In this document: positions 13,001-28,000 of the stretch, in pieces | Position numbering within the stretch: position 1 is the stretch's first letter | Layout: every line of letters starts with the position of its first letter | Assembly (NCBI RefSeq): GCF_964355755.1 | Contig: NC_092672.1 | Location: forward strand, 9,424,001 to 9,488,000 | Direction: 5' to 3' | From: Antedon mediterranea | Taxonomy: Eukaryota > Animalia > Echinodermata | Length of the DNA: 64,000 nucleotides | Program-made: the position numbers and the translations under genes | Notes under the pieces: generated by a model | Databases searched by the model: none | The model's input: only the letters and a program-made list of their open reading frames with translations | Told to the model about the DNA's origin: nothing

Positions 13001-16000
13001 CTATGTGGATTTTGGCGAAACATTGATGTAAGATTTATGATTTATAAAATGTAATACATTTTTCGATAGTGATAACTTGTTTTTATAGGCCTACCGGTGC
13101 CGTGTAAGTAATTTTTCGTTGTTTGTTGATCTCACCGGGCGATATTTTCATATTGTGATGTCTTGCACAAAATCGCGTATATCTCGACTTTCGTGCGCAA
13201 AACTACGAAAAACTCAAAAAGTGGGTTACTTTCATTTTACTATTACGATTTACATATTGCGATTTGAAAATCGTTCTTGGTAACATTGTAAAGCTAAAAT
13301 CTTTTTGATTATTTTAGTCTAAATTACATGTAAATCAGATCACATACATAGTTTCAATCAGCTTTGATAAAAACATCGAATTGGGCTATAAACGCTGGCG
13401 GTGGCAGTTTCTAACTGGAAAAACCTCTGGCAGTCAAAGTGTTATTAAAAAAATGTTTCAAGAAATACTAAAGCTTTTTACTTTACTTACTTTGAACAAT
13501 GCAAGTACATGAGTAATACTACTACAGGCAAAGGACATGAAAATTGTAATGATGAATGTAAGGATAAAAATTAATCGAGATTGTCACATAAAGCAAGGCT
13601 ATTTGTGATGGTGTCAATGTAGACATCCGATGTGCCACTTTGATATTTGATGAGGATAAGATCATAACTTAATTAGATATAAAAAAAATGTATTAAATGA
13701 CTTGAGCTTAAATTTCCCTCCATTGACTAAACAATTTAAAACTAATTAAATAAATGAAGGGAATTGTTTTAAATGGAAATAACATGTAATCACTAGACAC
13801 CAGTAGGAATTATGATCAATAATAAAATTAATTTTATCATAGCAATAAAAAAATGTTTGAGACGCTTAGAGGTGGATTATACAGTAGATGTTAACAAGTT
13901 TAAATATCATATGGTATTAACATTATGTCCATAGCAGGTGCCTATACTTTTTATATACAGTACATACAGGGTTTGTGAACTAGTGCTGTACACTAAACCC
14001 ATATTCAAACAATGTACAGTATTATTATGTTTTTGTACACAAGATTTTGTGCACTATGGTTATATGTCCTTTTCTATGAAGCCTTGTTGCCACCAGAACC
14101 ATGTTGCGTCGTGTTGGATTTGCAGATGAAGTGCTTAATGGTTCTGGTGGTAGAATACATCTCCTTGAATAAGGACTGCATACTGTACTTCTAGTGGACC
14201 CAAATCTCTATGTGCACTTTGCAAAATCTGTTATCAGTACAAAGGTTAATCAAGTACAAATGTAAAATGCCAGATTCGGGCTACTTTAAATAATAGAATT
14301 AAACCATCAGGACAGAAAATCTTTAAAAAAGTAATTCTGTAATAATAAACAGGTAGTAAGTTCAACTAAGCCAGGGGATACAGGGGTAGCGCTCCCTCTT
14401 TTGATCCTGACATACAGTAGTGTCAGGGCTGTAACTCACGACTCTTTCAATTAAGCCTCAAATACAGTAAGACTAATTATAAAATAGTTTATCCAACCTG
14501 TAATTGGCGAGTTACTCGCTGTTGGATGCATGAAAATAAATAAATTAAAAGTGTTGAAATGATTGGAACACTAGAAAAGGAATTTTTAGCTGTGATCATC
14601 GTGCCCTTAAGCTAAAACATACAGTGATCTACACTGATGACAGATTCACAATTTAAACAAAAATTAAAACTATAAGTGAAAATAGAAAACCTGTGGTGTC
14701 ATGGAGAATCTAATACGATACATGTTATTTTCATATAAAAAGATCCAACATAGATTTTAGATTTGATCGAAACAAGGCAAAATGATGAGTCATAAAAGCC
14801 TGGAAATGATTCGAACGATTGAGAATTGAGTTGACATGCACAACAATATATCTATTCATCACCTACACACAACATTGACTATGTGAAGATATATTGAAAA
14901 GGAACAGGAGGTGTAAACACACACCTGTTGGAATGAAAAAAACCCTTCTGAGTGTTCGATAGACGTCTAAATGTTTATACTATAAAGCGTTTTACCCTCC
15001 TCGCTGGCTTACCCTATATATATTAAGAAGTTCAACAGCATAATAATAGACCTCAAAATGTTCACATTCAATACCCACTGCACTAGAAACGTTTTTTCTT
15101 CAGATTTGATTACAAACTGTATTCTATCAAATCCTAAACACAATCATAGTACACAGGATATTTATTTGCTTATGCAAAGCAAAAGCAACTTTATATAAAC
15201 GCAGAGTCAAATTACTGAAACAAAAATGATAATGCTCAGGTAACAGTGGTTGGAACTCAATGAATACAAATAAAATAAGAAAATGCTAAATAAAACCGAT
15301 TAAGTAAAACAGCGAGCCAAGCTTTCAGATAAAACCTATCCTTTCCATTCCACTAATTATTAATACTCATAGTACATAGTCTATAGACCTTCTTTGATAC
15401 AAACATATTGTAATGTCCATACTGTAGTGTATTATAAAACAATACATTTAGGCTAATTTCAAAGGTAATTGTTCTGTTCTTCTCAAGGGTGGTAAACATA
15501 AATGCTCTAGATAAGTCTTTTTGGATTACAGTTTTTTTTTTGTGATGAGAACAAATAATGACATAGCTAACAGAATTTGAACCTTGTGATTGGAGCCATT
15601 CGTTAAAACCACCAAGCAACCAGTTCACTTTACATGTACACATACAGGTACTTAGTTTTCTAGTTCCTGTATACACTGTTGTTGTTTAAACTTTAAATCT
15701 GGACACCAAAGAATTAGTGCAGTTTACTGTGTTCTGTTCCTTTTACTTCCTCCAACAATAGGTGCACTTTTTAAAACAAGGTATTCCAAACAAGAAAATA
15801 TGATTTAACACATTATGCATGTATTCTCGATAATAAAAAAAATGTATTGAGCAAGGCTTTCCAGAAGGAAGCTTTTAAAGGTGTTTTACGATATTAATTG
15901 AGTTGCTTTATTGACTACTTTTATTGCTTAAAGATGTATTGTCCCTTTGACTAATTCCAAAAATATAAAAAATTAAATATTTCGAAAAAAAGTTGGTCAT

Positions 16001-19000
16001 TTTGATGTATCGTAATAGTTATTAACTTTCACCAAAAATTAGTCGAAAAAAAAAATCACTTAACTGTAAATACAGACGTTTTTTGTTCAAAAAAGGTTTC
16101 GATCAAAACATATCTCATAATGCAACGCGCTTGTTTGGCTACTCTGTATGCATAATCATAAATCTTCCACACGATCTGTGTGAAAACACCTTCTTAACCG
16201 TGACGAGTTGTAAACAATCCTAAGCATCATGCATAATGCATACGCGTGGTTTGAAATCTTTGTTTACGTTTTTTTTCCAGACGAAATGTAATAAAATTAA
16301 TTTACCTGTTAATTACGTAAACTTGTTGTTTTTGGCTCGACTTTTCAAATTAAAGTGAATAACTTTAATATTACTTTGATATGGCCTCTTTAAATATAGA
16401 ATATTTTGTTCTTTATTTTTTGTGTTTCTAGGGACAATACATCTTTAATAATAAAGAGACTGTTACCCTCCTACCTCCTGTTAAAGGGGACAATAAAGCA
16501 AAACATTAAGTAAGTTGTGACTGAGCCATTGTAAAAAAAAATGCTATACTTGTTTACCATCATCTAATCAAAAAGGCGACAATTCTCTAAGTATTTTATG
16601 CAAGTAATTCTGAAAACGAAAGTTTAAGATACTTACATCAATCACTTTATAGATGATGTATGCAGGCTCAGCAATACTTGTTAGGAAAAATAAAATTACC
16701 AGTTTCTTGCTTTCGTATCTCACCTATAAAATCAACAAAATGTAATTATAGGTGAACTTTGTATGTTATTGTATTGATATTGAATGTATAGCATTTTTCT
16801 GAGGTGGTTCCCGGTATCTAAAATAGCTAGAATAGTATTAATATATGGTCAAAAAGTAGTTCATGTCTTTTTAGCTGTCAAAGAGGTAGTGGGCGAGCCA
16901 AGTTCTATACCCTGGATGTTCTCCTGTTTGTTAGTTTTTTTATGGCATATTATATACGGTTACCTGTGACAAGCAAAGCAAATTTCTAGTCATATTTATG
17001 AGTTTGAGCAAAATAAATTGAATTAAAACCTAATTAATAAACGCTAAAGATACGGAAATATGCGAGAGTATAACATTTATTATGTGCTCACTGAATAGAA
17101 TCAGTAGTTCGACGCTTGCTGCTCACTGCACGTCACATAGTTACTTTAATCAATTATAATATAACACTTTCATCACTATAATTACAGTAGGCATCAGCGC
17201 CAACTTTTACATTGCAAAAAAAAACCACATTTCTTCTATCATTGAATATTACACATCAAACACATTTCTATTTACTATTAAATTATGAATTTGATTGTTT
17301 GCACATAACTGTTTCTACCACTCAACGCTCTTAATTCTCTTAACATGCTTGCATTCATCCATTGTTGTTTACGTGCTGCGATACCTCAAATGCGCATTAC
17401 AGACAGTTAAATGATGCCCAATAAACGTGCAATCATTACGCCATTTAGGGAGTGGATTTGTTATTTGTCATGAGATCAATATCCTGGAAAGATTGAAAGA
17501 TTGATATCAGAAATTACTAGTTTAATAAAAAACTTTCTTTTTGGTACAAAACAATGAATAGTGAATATATTTTAAGGTTAAAGGTTAAAATTTGCATACT
17601 GTATCCTGTAAATCCAATGTGACGTTTAGTTGTGTTGTTTGATGCAAATGATAGTGGAGAAAGGTGATATTTTCAAGTGGAGATTTAAGAATAATGTATT
17701 TTGCTTATAAAAACGAAACAACCTGGCAAGAATTAGTACAGAATCAGTCAGGTTGTCCATGGACCCCTAGGTTCCTATAGTGCAACGCAATAATAAAAGT
17801 CTATTGCACCAGTTATTGGATATGAAACTTGTATATTAAAACCACAGATACTCAAGCAAGACTACACCATCAGTTAATACATCACCAATACTAGGTTGAG
17901 TGCTACATTAACATTTTTAAATAAAAAAAAAAAAACCAATAATGAACAACAACAACAATGTATAAGTTACTACAGTCAACTCTCCCAATACCGGACTCTC
18001 CCAAAACCGGAATTCACGAAAAACCGGACTTTTTTGGAGGGCCCAATTTGTCCCTATTCTAAATGTACTGTAATTTATTATGAAAACCGGAATACCCAAT
18101 TCCGGAATCCGGACAAATTATGAAGTACAAAACACGAAAATTAGCGTCTGAAAACCGGACTGACAGTTAAAAAACTCCAAATATTTACGAAAACAACGTA
18201 ACATCGTCGTTGCTGACTCGGATTCAATACATTCACAATGTACAAAAGCTTTTAACCATACCCTCACCATGCATGAAGTGCACGACGTTTCGCGGTACGA
18301 TCAAATAATGTTGCCATGGAGCACTACACTGTGATTGACCGGTCAGTTCATTGTTAACCCACGAGGCGACAATTGCTTTGTTGCGTATCGAACTGCGGTG
18401 GGCTTTTTCACATCGAAGCGCTAATGTCTATTGTTTTTAGCAGGGAGTTGTTAACAACTCCCTGTTTTTTAGCATATGAATTGTTTTTTAATAAAGTTCA
18501 ATTTACATTCCACTTTGTGTCTTTGTTTTGTTTAAATTATTGTTAAATTCACAATTGCAATAGGAATTTAAAAAGGAATGTTTCACTAAAAATGTGCATC
18601 ATTATAAATTTGGAAATCATTATGGCAAAACGTAAACGGAATGAACTTGACTTAACTAGTGTTAATAAACTTTGAAATGTTACCAATTAATTATTGTGTC
18701 ATTATTGCTTGGCTCGTTTACCTAATCAATTTTCATCATTGCTATCAAATTACGTCAAAATAAAGGAGCTTAAAAAACATGTGGTCTAGGTGTGGGCGTT
18801 TTTATTTGATTATGACACCTCTGCACATGCGCATCAATCAAAGCCCTTCACCCATGCTGCTGCTGCATGCAGCTAGCTAGCTCACGAAAAACAATAAACA
18901 GACCGAAATTATGTTCACCGTACGTACGTACGTAGGCCTTTTTGCCGTTAAAAACACATTGAGAAACAATAATTTACTATTGTAACATGTTTTATTGGTA

Positions 19001-22000
19001 CAGTAAATAATGTAACTTTTAAAAAAGGTAAATTGAATTACTGTAGCTTAATATTAATAAAGTAGGCCTAGGCCTATCAGTATTTATTTAATTAAAACTA
19101 GATTGACACAATCATAGCCTAGCCTAGGCCTTCCCTACGCTAGGAGACCGTACCGGGCAGCATTCGGACCGGTGATTCAAAGCATTTTCAGTGACAACGT
19201 GATGACTTTAAAAATATGTTTTCAGGAAACCGGACTTTCGAAAAACCGGAAAATATATGCCCGCCCAAGGGTGTCCGGTATTGGGAGAGTTGACTGTATT
19301 AAAAAAAATAGGAACTTATACATTGTTGTTATTGTTCGTTATTGTTTTTTTTTTTTACTTTTTTAAAAATTTTTTTGTCTTTTGGGCGAAAATAAATGTC
19401 TTTTGAAAGGAACTTACAGAAAAAAAACCTAGAGCTACCCAGACAAGACTATAGACAACACCAACGCTGAGAACAATTATATCAGTTGTTCCAATATTAT
19501 CCATGCTATCGCTTAACACAAACACTACCATGCTGACCTGAAAGATCAAAAGTTTACAATTTATTTTGATTAATAAAAAAAAAACTATGAAAATGTTTAA
19601 AACTGTCAAGATGAGGAAATCTGGCAAGTGGAAAAAGAACTAGGATTTTACAGAACACAGATTCAGTCTGGGATTGAACCACCTGGGAGCGAACCAGACA
19701 CTTTCCTGTCCAGTTTCTAATCTATATTCACATATCTGTTGTGTCTACCATATCAACTGTGGGATATTTGAGTATGTCCATTCTTGCTATGCACACTGAT
19801 TAAGAATTCATATTGAACCCTTTTCTCCCAAATGTGCACATGTAGAACATCATGTATTTTAATGTTATAAACACTAAATCAAATAGATTAGAAACTTGTA
19901 ATAATTTGAATTAGCTTAGGGAGTTTAATGTTAACTGGTCAGATGTTTGGCCCTACTTTGATGCAATTGTACAAAATATTGATAAAGTCTTCTTTAGTCT
20001 CTATACATTCGCACTTTGTTACCAATCTCCAATGCAACAATCCCGGATTGCTAATTTTTCTGATTTTTTTGATGATAATGTTGTTATTACCTCAAGCTGA
20101 AGATCAAATTTTAGTAAAGTCTGAAAGAACAGCATTAAACCACACATATCTGAAAAAAAAAGCCAAATATACTAGTATTACCAGACCCTTCTGATTTAGA
20201 GTTTATAATATATAACTAGAAAGCCACTCCGAGAGTGCATACCTCCAACTACTGTAAAATTCTCCTACATAAGTTTTTCAGAATAAATATATATATAAAT
20301 CTAAAGGCAAAATACTGAAAAAATGACAATGCTGTGGGTATCAGTGGCTGGATCTTAATGGAGATACAAAAAAAAGCGAAAAGCTAACAAAACGATAAGA
20401 GTAAAACAGCCAGAAAAGTTAGCAGAGCTTTCGGACAATACTTGCACTGGGCTATTGTTGCCCGAAAGCTCTGCTAACTTTTTCATTATTAAACGAAATA
20501 AACAGTTTTAACGTTAAATTTAATGATATGGTTTTATGAATTTACCTTGTAGCTCAACACTCGCTCCGACTGTTCTGAAGATAATATTTTTGGATTCATA
20601 ATACGACTTTGCAAGTAGACTGCCAAGAACAACACAAAATGGTCCCAAAACAATGATCATATAAAAACGCACCTGCAAACAAATAAAAGTTAAATTTATT
20701 TTAAAAAACAAGGTCATTGATAATAAATGAAGATGTAGAATTTCAATTAATAGAAACTTGCAAAATATGTAATAAAAAGCAGTAGAAAATGTAGAGGGCA
20801 GTAGACACAATTTCTTACATACCATATTATTATATCATAGCTTGTAGCAAGGTACTGTAAGGTTACGATACATTATTATTTGAGATATAAATATATTTTA
20901 TGAAAAAGAAGCATAAATTTAAATAATCAAATCAAACGGATTGTACACGTTGTCGCATTGTTTTATACTATTTCTGTAACCAAATTAAAATACAAAATTG
21001 TCGTCATTTTTGCAACTTATACACAATAGACATCCTTCTTAGGACACCCTATTAAGGGGACATTTTCTTGCGAAACACGAAATTTATTTTGTAATATATT
21101 TATGTATAAATATATTTTTTTAATACTACTAATCAAACTGATTTTTGAGTCGAGAAACAGTTTTGTATTGTATTTTTTGCTACACAAATTTAAAAATCTG
21201 TAGCAAAAAGGTTGTTTTGTATAGCTTTTTGCTATGCTACACTGGCGAAATTATTCCCTGCCCTACTTAGGGGACCCCCATATTAAGGGATGCTTTTGAG
21301 TGTGCCATTTTTATATATCATTTTTTGTTTTCCCCCACAAAAAGTTCAATTAATTTATTTTGGTATGGTACTCAGGGGACATTCCTACAGTGTTAAATGG
21401 AAAGTGTTCTAATGTACCATATCTACAAATCAAAGAAACAAACCGTTTTAATAACATCATCTTTGTCTTGTGAAAAGCTAATGATACAGTAGATTAACAA
21501 GATGGTCGTAGCTCCAACAAACACAACGATTTCATAGGCACTTTCAAAAAGGACGCCATCACAGATGTAATACAAACAAAACACTATTATAAAACAAAAG
21601 GATGTCTATCAGTATAATTTTACATCACTAATTCATTTTTAAATTATAAAATAAACCTACTCATCATTTAAAACATTTTCAACCAGCATATTATTTTAGA
21701 GCAAAGGAAAAAATTCTTTCAGGAAAGAACCCTTTTTTAAAATGTAGTGTTTTTAATGCAAATTACATAACACCAGCTCTCCACCCAAGTGTATAAATGG
21801 GTACCTGGTGAATGATTATGGCGATGATTATATAATACTACCAGCAACATTATGGGATGTCTCCATACATGTTTGATCAAATAACCGGAGTAATAATGGG
21901 TCATTTGAAAATGGAATTTGCGCTATACAGTATAAATGAATACATTTTTATTATTTATACAAAAATGTGTACAAAATCAACAGGTGTTGTTTTAAGGTCA

Positions 22001-25000
22001 CACACAGACGAGCGTTAATGGTAAAGACAATAGAATCTATGATTATTTACACAAAGTGCAGAACGTATGGGTGGTTTTCCGTATAGAGTACAGAATAGGT
22101 TCCATTCGGGACAAGCTACACCGTTTTCCATTTACCACTCGTTTGTGTAAATTGGCCATTAATGTAGTGCATAGTACTAGTAGTAGTAATAATTCTACAG
22201 AATATAAATATTCTTAGTTTCACTTTCAGATAACAAAAGTTGGTCATAATTTGCACTTAAAGATTGGCTTGTAACATTAAATGGTATCTATTTCTTGGTT
22301 TCTTGAACTGAAATTCCAAATCAAAACCAATGTTTATAAATCAACAGTATCTACTGTATTTGGCAAGGTAATTGACAAATTATCCAAGGATTTCCTGTAC
22401 AAATTGCATTAGTGTTAAATACGGAAAATTGCACTAAAATCTGAAGACTACAGTATATTTACATTCAGTCTTCTACTACCCACGTTAATTCCAAACAGCA
22501 ATCATACAAGAACATTCTGATACCTGAAAGTACTGTTTTATATTCAAGACTTTCCCACCCTTCTAAAAACTGTTTGGCATTTTAGCGTTGTTTTAGTGCC
22601 TTTATCCTAACATGGTATGATGTTGCTTAAAATGTTTGATGTGGCTTGTTGCCCTCCAAAAAATGTTGATTTCTGGGGACCTGAGGTCCATTACAGTATA
22701 TTCCTAAAATTGTCATACCTCAGCCCCAACCATTGTGGGGCTGAGGTATGACAAACTCTCATTATCTTCATTCGAGCCTCCATTAAGTTGGTGCAGCTGG
22801 GTAGGTGAGCTGTGGGTTGGTCCCGGGAAGAGGATTTTAAACGACATAAAAAGTTTGGAGTGGAGTACATTTAAAACCAGAAGTGGGGTTGGTACTGCGG
22901 TTTGTTAATGAGTGATAGAGCTGGACGAAATAACATACTGTAGGCCTTTTCCGTTAAAGGAGAGTGCTATGTTCTAATGTGGGCAATCTCACCCGTATTT
23001 TTCACCATTTCTTTTCAGGACAGTGGAATGTATATTTTAATGTTCTTTACTCAGAAGCAAGAGAAACATTTCTACGTTGGTTTAATATTCAGGTAATACA
23101 GGCACAAAATAGAATTTTTTTTTTTTCACTCTTCGTGAATGTATACAGTACTACAGTAATTCCAAACAAGCAATACTTACATGCATTTATTAGAAGAACA
23201 ATAGCAAATATTAAATCAGAAGACGTATTAGCATCTTTAACTTCATTGACTATCACTGTAATGGTGAGTCCAATCGTTGACAGAATACCAATAACAGCAA
23301 TGACTATAAAGGCAATCTCTATTGTGGTAATGGTTTTTATGGTTCTTCTCTATAATAATAACAATAAGAATCAGTAATACTATAATGTAACATAATAGGG
23401 AGGTTTCGCAACTTTACGAATACGATAACGAAAACGGATACGTCACACATTTGTGAAACTTTTGAGCTGATCCCCATTTCATATCTGTAAAGCGTTTTCG
23501 TGTTTACAAATATCATCAGTCATACGACGAGTATAGTTTTTGATCTATTTTGCATTTGAATCAGGAATGATTCATGATTATAATATAACATAATTATAGA
23601 TTTATTGAAACTCAATATTTAGTTGCCATGCAAAACAGATTTTTACTGGTACGAAAACGAATATGTGTGCGTGACGTATCCGTTTTCGTTATCGTATTCG
23701 TAAGATTGCGAAACCTCCCTAATAATAATAATAGCAGCTGTCTGACCAGTTAATAATATTCAAAATGTTCCCCCTATAATGTTCACTATTCATTTTTGTA
23801 TTTACTAAATACTATATTCTTCTTCAGGAATAAAAAATACAAAGGATGAAGGCGTATCAATTTGATCTCTGATGCGCGTGCGTACAATTGAGGGACTGTT
23901 GTTCCGCCGTACCACGCTGAGAGCATTGAAAAGTCGTTATCGAATCGAGTTTGAACAATACAATGAAAGTCCCAGTAGTCTAATGGAAAGAAGGTTCCAG
24001 GTTTGAATCTCGGTTGGGGTGACTTTTTCTTATTCTTTTCCTCATCCTAACCGTTTCCAATTACGGTAATTAAATAAATTTCAGTATAATATTCAGTATA
24101 TCACTAGTATACCAATAATGCAATTTGCTTTTAAGGCAGTCAAAAATATTTTTTTTTGAAAACCCGGGGTTTATGACCATTCAAAAGGTCAAGAAACTCC
24201 AGAGATACCCCTTTCACACCAACCTAGCAACACCGGGGCGGGTTTATAAAATAAAATTGTAAATGTCGCCCTCTATTTTGTTTGTTTACATAGCGACGAT
24301 CATTAGAATCATTTTAATTAATAATATTTTAAATCTAAAAATTACTTTCAAAAGTCTCAGAAGTAATATGTTTTATTGATACTACTTATTATTTTCTAAA
24401 CCCACTATATCTTTTGTACTAATATTTAAAGTATTTTGAAATAAAACTAAAGCAATGAGTGATCGTGTGAGGATGACCTTTTGACCCGAAACACTCCGGA
24501 GTTTGATGTTGGTACCTTTCACACCAAAACACCGGGGTGTCCCCGCAGTTCATTCTCCGGAGAATGTTCAGCTGTTCAACCCCGCAGTTTTAAACTCCGG
24601 AGTTGCTTGATTTCACCTTTCACACCAAACAGCGGGGCGTCAACTCCGGAGTTTTGCTTTTGGTGTGAAAGGGGTATTATTAAATAACCTATTTGGTTGC
24701 AGTTAAAAATAGCATAGCAATATAACAGGTTACGTGGTGTTATTCTATATTGGGTGTTTTCAACCGTTTAACAGGCTATTGAAAATATGGCCTATTTTTG
24801 TTGCCAAGAAATGTTAAGAACAATATATTCACACGGTTACAATCAGTTTTCACACCAGAAACAGCTCTAATACACTGTAGATAAACTCCTATGACTTTTA
24901 ACCGTAAGTGTTCCTTATAAACTTTGAAGCACTTTAAAATGATGACAATGTCTTTTTTAAGAGTGCTTCCTGCTAGACATAATTAAGTAGACATGTGACC

Positions 25001-28000
25001 AACAGAAATCATGCAAGAGTGAAGAAGAATGTTCTATGAAATGATTAAGCAATAATATGATGATTGATAAAATGAAATTAGGAATTGAAGACATTATCAG
25101 TACAGTACATTTTGAACATGGGGCAAAAATAGGATTTCATTATTTGAGGCATGGCATCACAAAATCGGCATAGTGTCGGAAATAATATTTTTTAAAGATT
25201 TTTATATATTTATAATCTATATTTAATAAGCTTTAAAATGAGGCGTTGTTTATTAAAATTGGTTTATTATATGAAGAGTTATTATCAAAAACATACGAGT
25301 CACTTTCTAGTTAAGAAATCTTCATTTTGAGAAAATCAACAATAAAGTAGCGACACCAATTAGCTTGGCCTGGCCTAGCCCGCCGAACAACGCGACAAGA
25401 CTCTCTGTCAAAAATATATCACAGTGTGGTACATAATATTATATTTTTTGTTATTTGAAAAAATTACATGGATAAAAATAACGATTAAATTTCTAAATAT
25501 TCACAAAATGTTAAAACTTTGATTCGAAAAACTACGGTGGAAGCCATGCTGTTTAATCGTAAACAAAAGCGTCGGCCAATCAGAGAGCGTAATTTTTCTC
25601 TATAGCCAATCACAGTCAAGGATTCACAAATTCTTGTTAGAAATTTTAGCAACCTAACACCTTAATAAAACCAATTTCCATTGGCTAGATTAACCAAAAT
25701 CCCTTAGGTTGTTAAAAATTATGGTAGCTGATTTGTTTTCAAACATAAAATAGGTACCAAACAAGATGTCTTTCGGGTTTCAGTTTGTTTATAAAAGTAC
25801 CATAAAGAAAGTTGGTTATTCGTGAACAAAAGTACAATTTCCAAATAGATTTTCAATAGAAACGACTGAAATATTGCAAAATACACATACCGTCGTACTT
25901 GTGATATTTTTTCAGGAACAAGAGTTTGATATTTTAAAGATAAATGTTTATAGTATCGTTTTTTATTAAAATTTTAAAATGGGTAGGTTAGGCCGTTTTT
26001 CACATTGTGAACTTCAAGGCTAAATATCTCAAAAGTTTGGGTTGCGACTTTGAGCCGCTTTTGTGATGCCAGGCCTCATTTTGAAATGCATGAAAAATGA
26101 TAAACAATTTCTTTCTGAAACGGTACCATATCCTAACTTCCGTTTGCTAAAGTTATGGTAAAATTGCATTTATTATAATCCGATATGTTGATAGCCAAAT
26201 GAGAAGTAAAAAGGAATTATAATTCAATGTTGTTTTGCGTCTAGTTTATTCGTCCATAGTTACTATATAAAGGTAGACTTTTGTCCAAGTTTGTAACTAG
26301 TCATTCGACAGTCTAGTTTATTCGTCCATAGTTACTATATAAAGGTTTTATTTTTATTCCAAATGGCATATTTAGGCCTATATTTTTTATTAAACTTTGT
26401 TTACAGATGATGACCACAAACAACAAGCAAATGCGGACAATAAAGGGGTCCTCAAATACTATGATTTAGACAGTAGCCCCAGGGCTGAGTAACAGAAATC
26501 AGCACAAACTCAACTGTAATGAGGCTATACTGTACTGTAGGTTATAGCATGGTTATAATTATACTATACTATACTATTATTATACTATATATATTATTAT
26601 ATTATATATATTAATTATTATATTATATATATTGCAATTTTACCGTACCTTTAGCAAACGGAAGTTAGGATACGGTACCGTATCTTTAGCCACAGCGTTC
26701 TTAAAAATCCCACGACAGTTCGTATGAAAAATGGTTTACTCAATTCAATGGAGTAATGTACAGTAGTAGTATATTCTTGGCGGTACTAGTTAACTACTAT
26801 TACTAATGCCAGTTGTTTGTGTGTAGGTACTATCTATGGTACTGCAAAGTAAAATTTGGGTTATTTTAATCGCCGTGGCTAAAGATACGGTACCGTATTC
26901 TAACTTCTGTTTACTAAAGGTACGGTAAAATTGCATTACGTCATAACCAGCCAATGGGGTGCTGGTACGTCTGTGACGTCATCGTATAAGGACTTAGTGG
27001 ATTTTTTTCATATCGCAAAAACAGTGATCAACCGCATTTTCTTTATCGCTATTATCGCCGTCGTGTGTGACAAAAACTAAATGTAGCCTACGTCTGTTAT
27101 TATTATTGAAAAGCCAAAACATGTTGATTTTAATTTTAGAATACATTACAGAAAACCGTTTCAAAAGAGGCCTAGGCCTACTTACTACGTACTATAACCT
27201 CATTATATGACTATGAGTTTGTTTGTGTAGGGAAAGCGATGCCAGGCTGGGGCCAGCTGCATGTGTGCGCTGATTTCTGTGACTTGTCAGTCCTGGGGCT
27301 ACTGTCTAAATCATAGTATTTGAGGGCCCCTTTATTGTCCGCATTTGCTTGTTGTTTATGGTCGCCATTGAAAACAAAGTTTAATAAAAAAATATAGGCC
27401 TAAATAGGCCATTTGGAATAAAAATAAAACCCTCATCTACAGCGCACACATATCCACGCAGCCGGCCTGGCGCCGCCGATAGGAGTTCTCTACATATACA
27501 ACAGACGCGATATGAAAAAAAATCCCAAGTCCTTATACGATGACGTCACACACGTACCAGCACCCCATTGGCTGATTATGACGTAATGCAATTTTACCGT
27601 ACCTTTAGTAAACAGAAGTTAGAATACGGTACCGTATCTTTAGCCACGGCGTATTTTAATTAAGAAAAGCTTGAGGGAATAAATTTCTTTTCATCATAGT
27701 ATACTACTTTACTAGCCTAGCTATGATTTAGTAGGAATAGAATATTTTAATTATGTAGTTTTATAAATTTTATGTAGACAAATAAGCAGGATAAGGCTAT
27801 AAGAGGCTAAAACTATCTACCTAGTAGGTGTACTAGACCTAGCCCTAGCATAGAGAACTAAAGTAGCCTAGGGCCTACTTCACTTGATTTATTTACCTTC
27901 CCTAGCACCGTATCAACAGTTGTTTGTTCTGGCCTTATGTTAAGGCCTGGAATGTCCTCGAATCTTATCGGTGGAGTTGCTGGTCTGTCGACCGTTTCAT

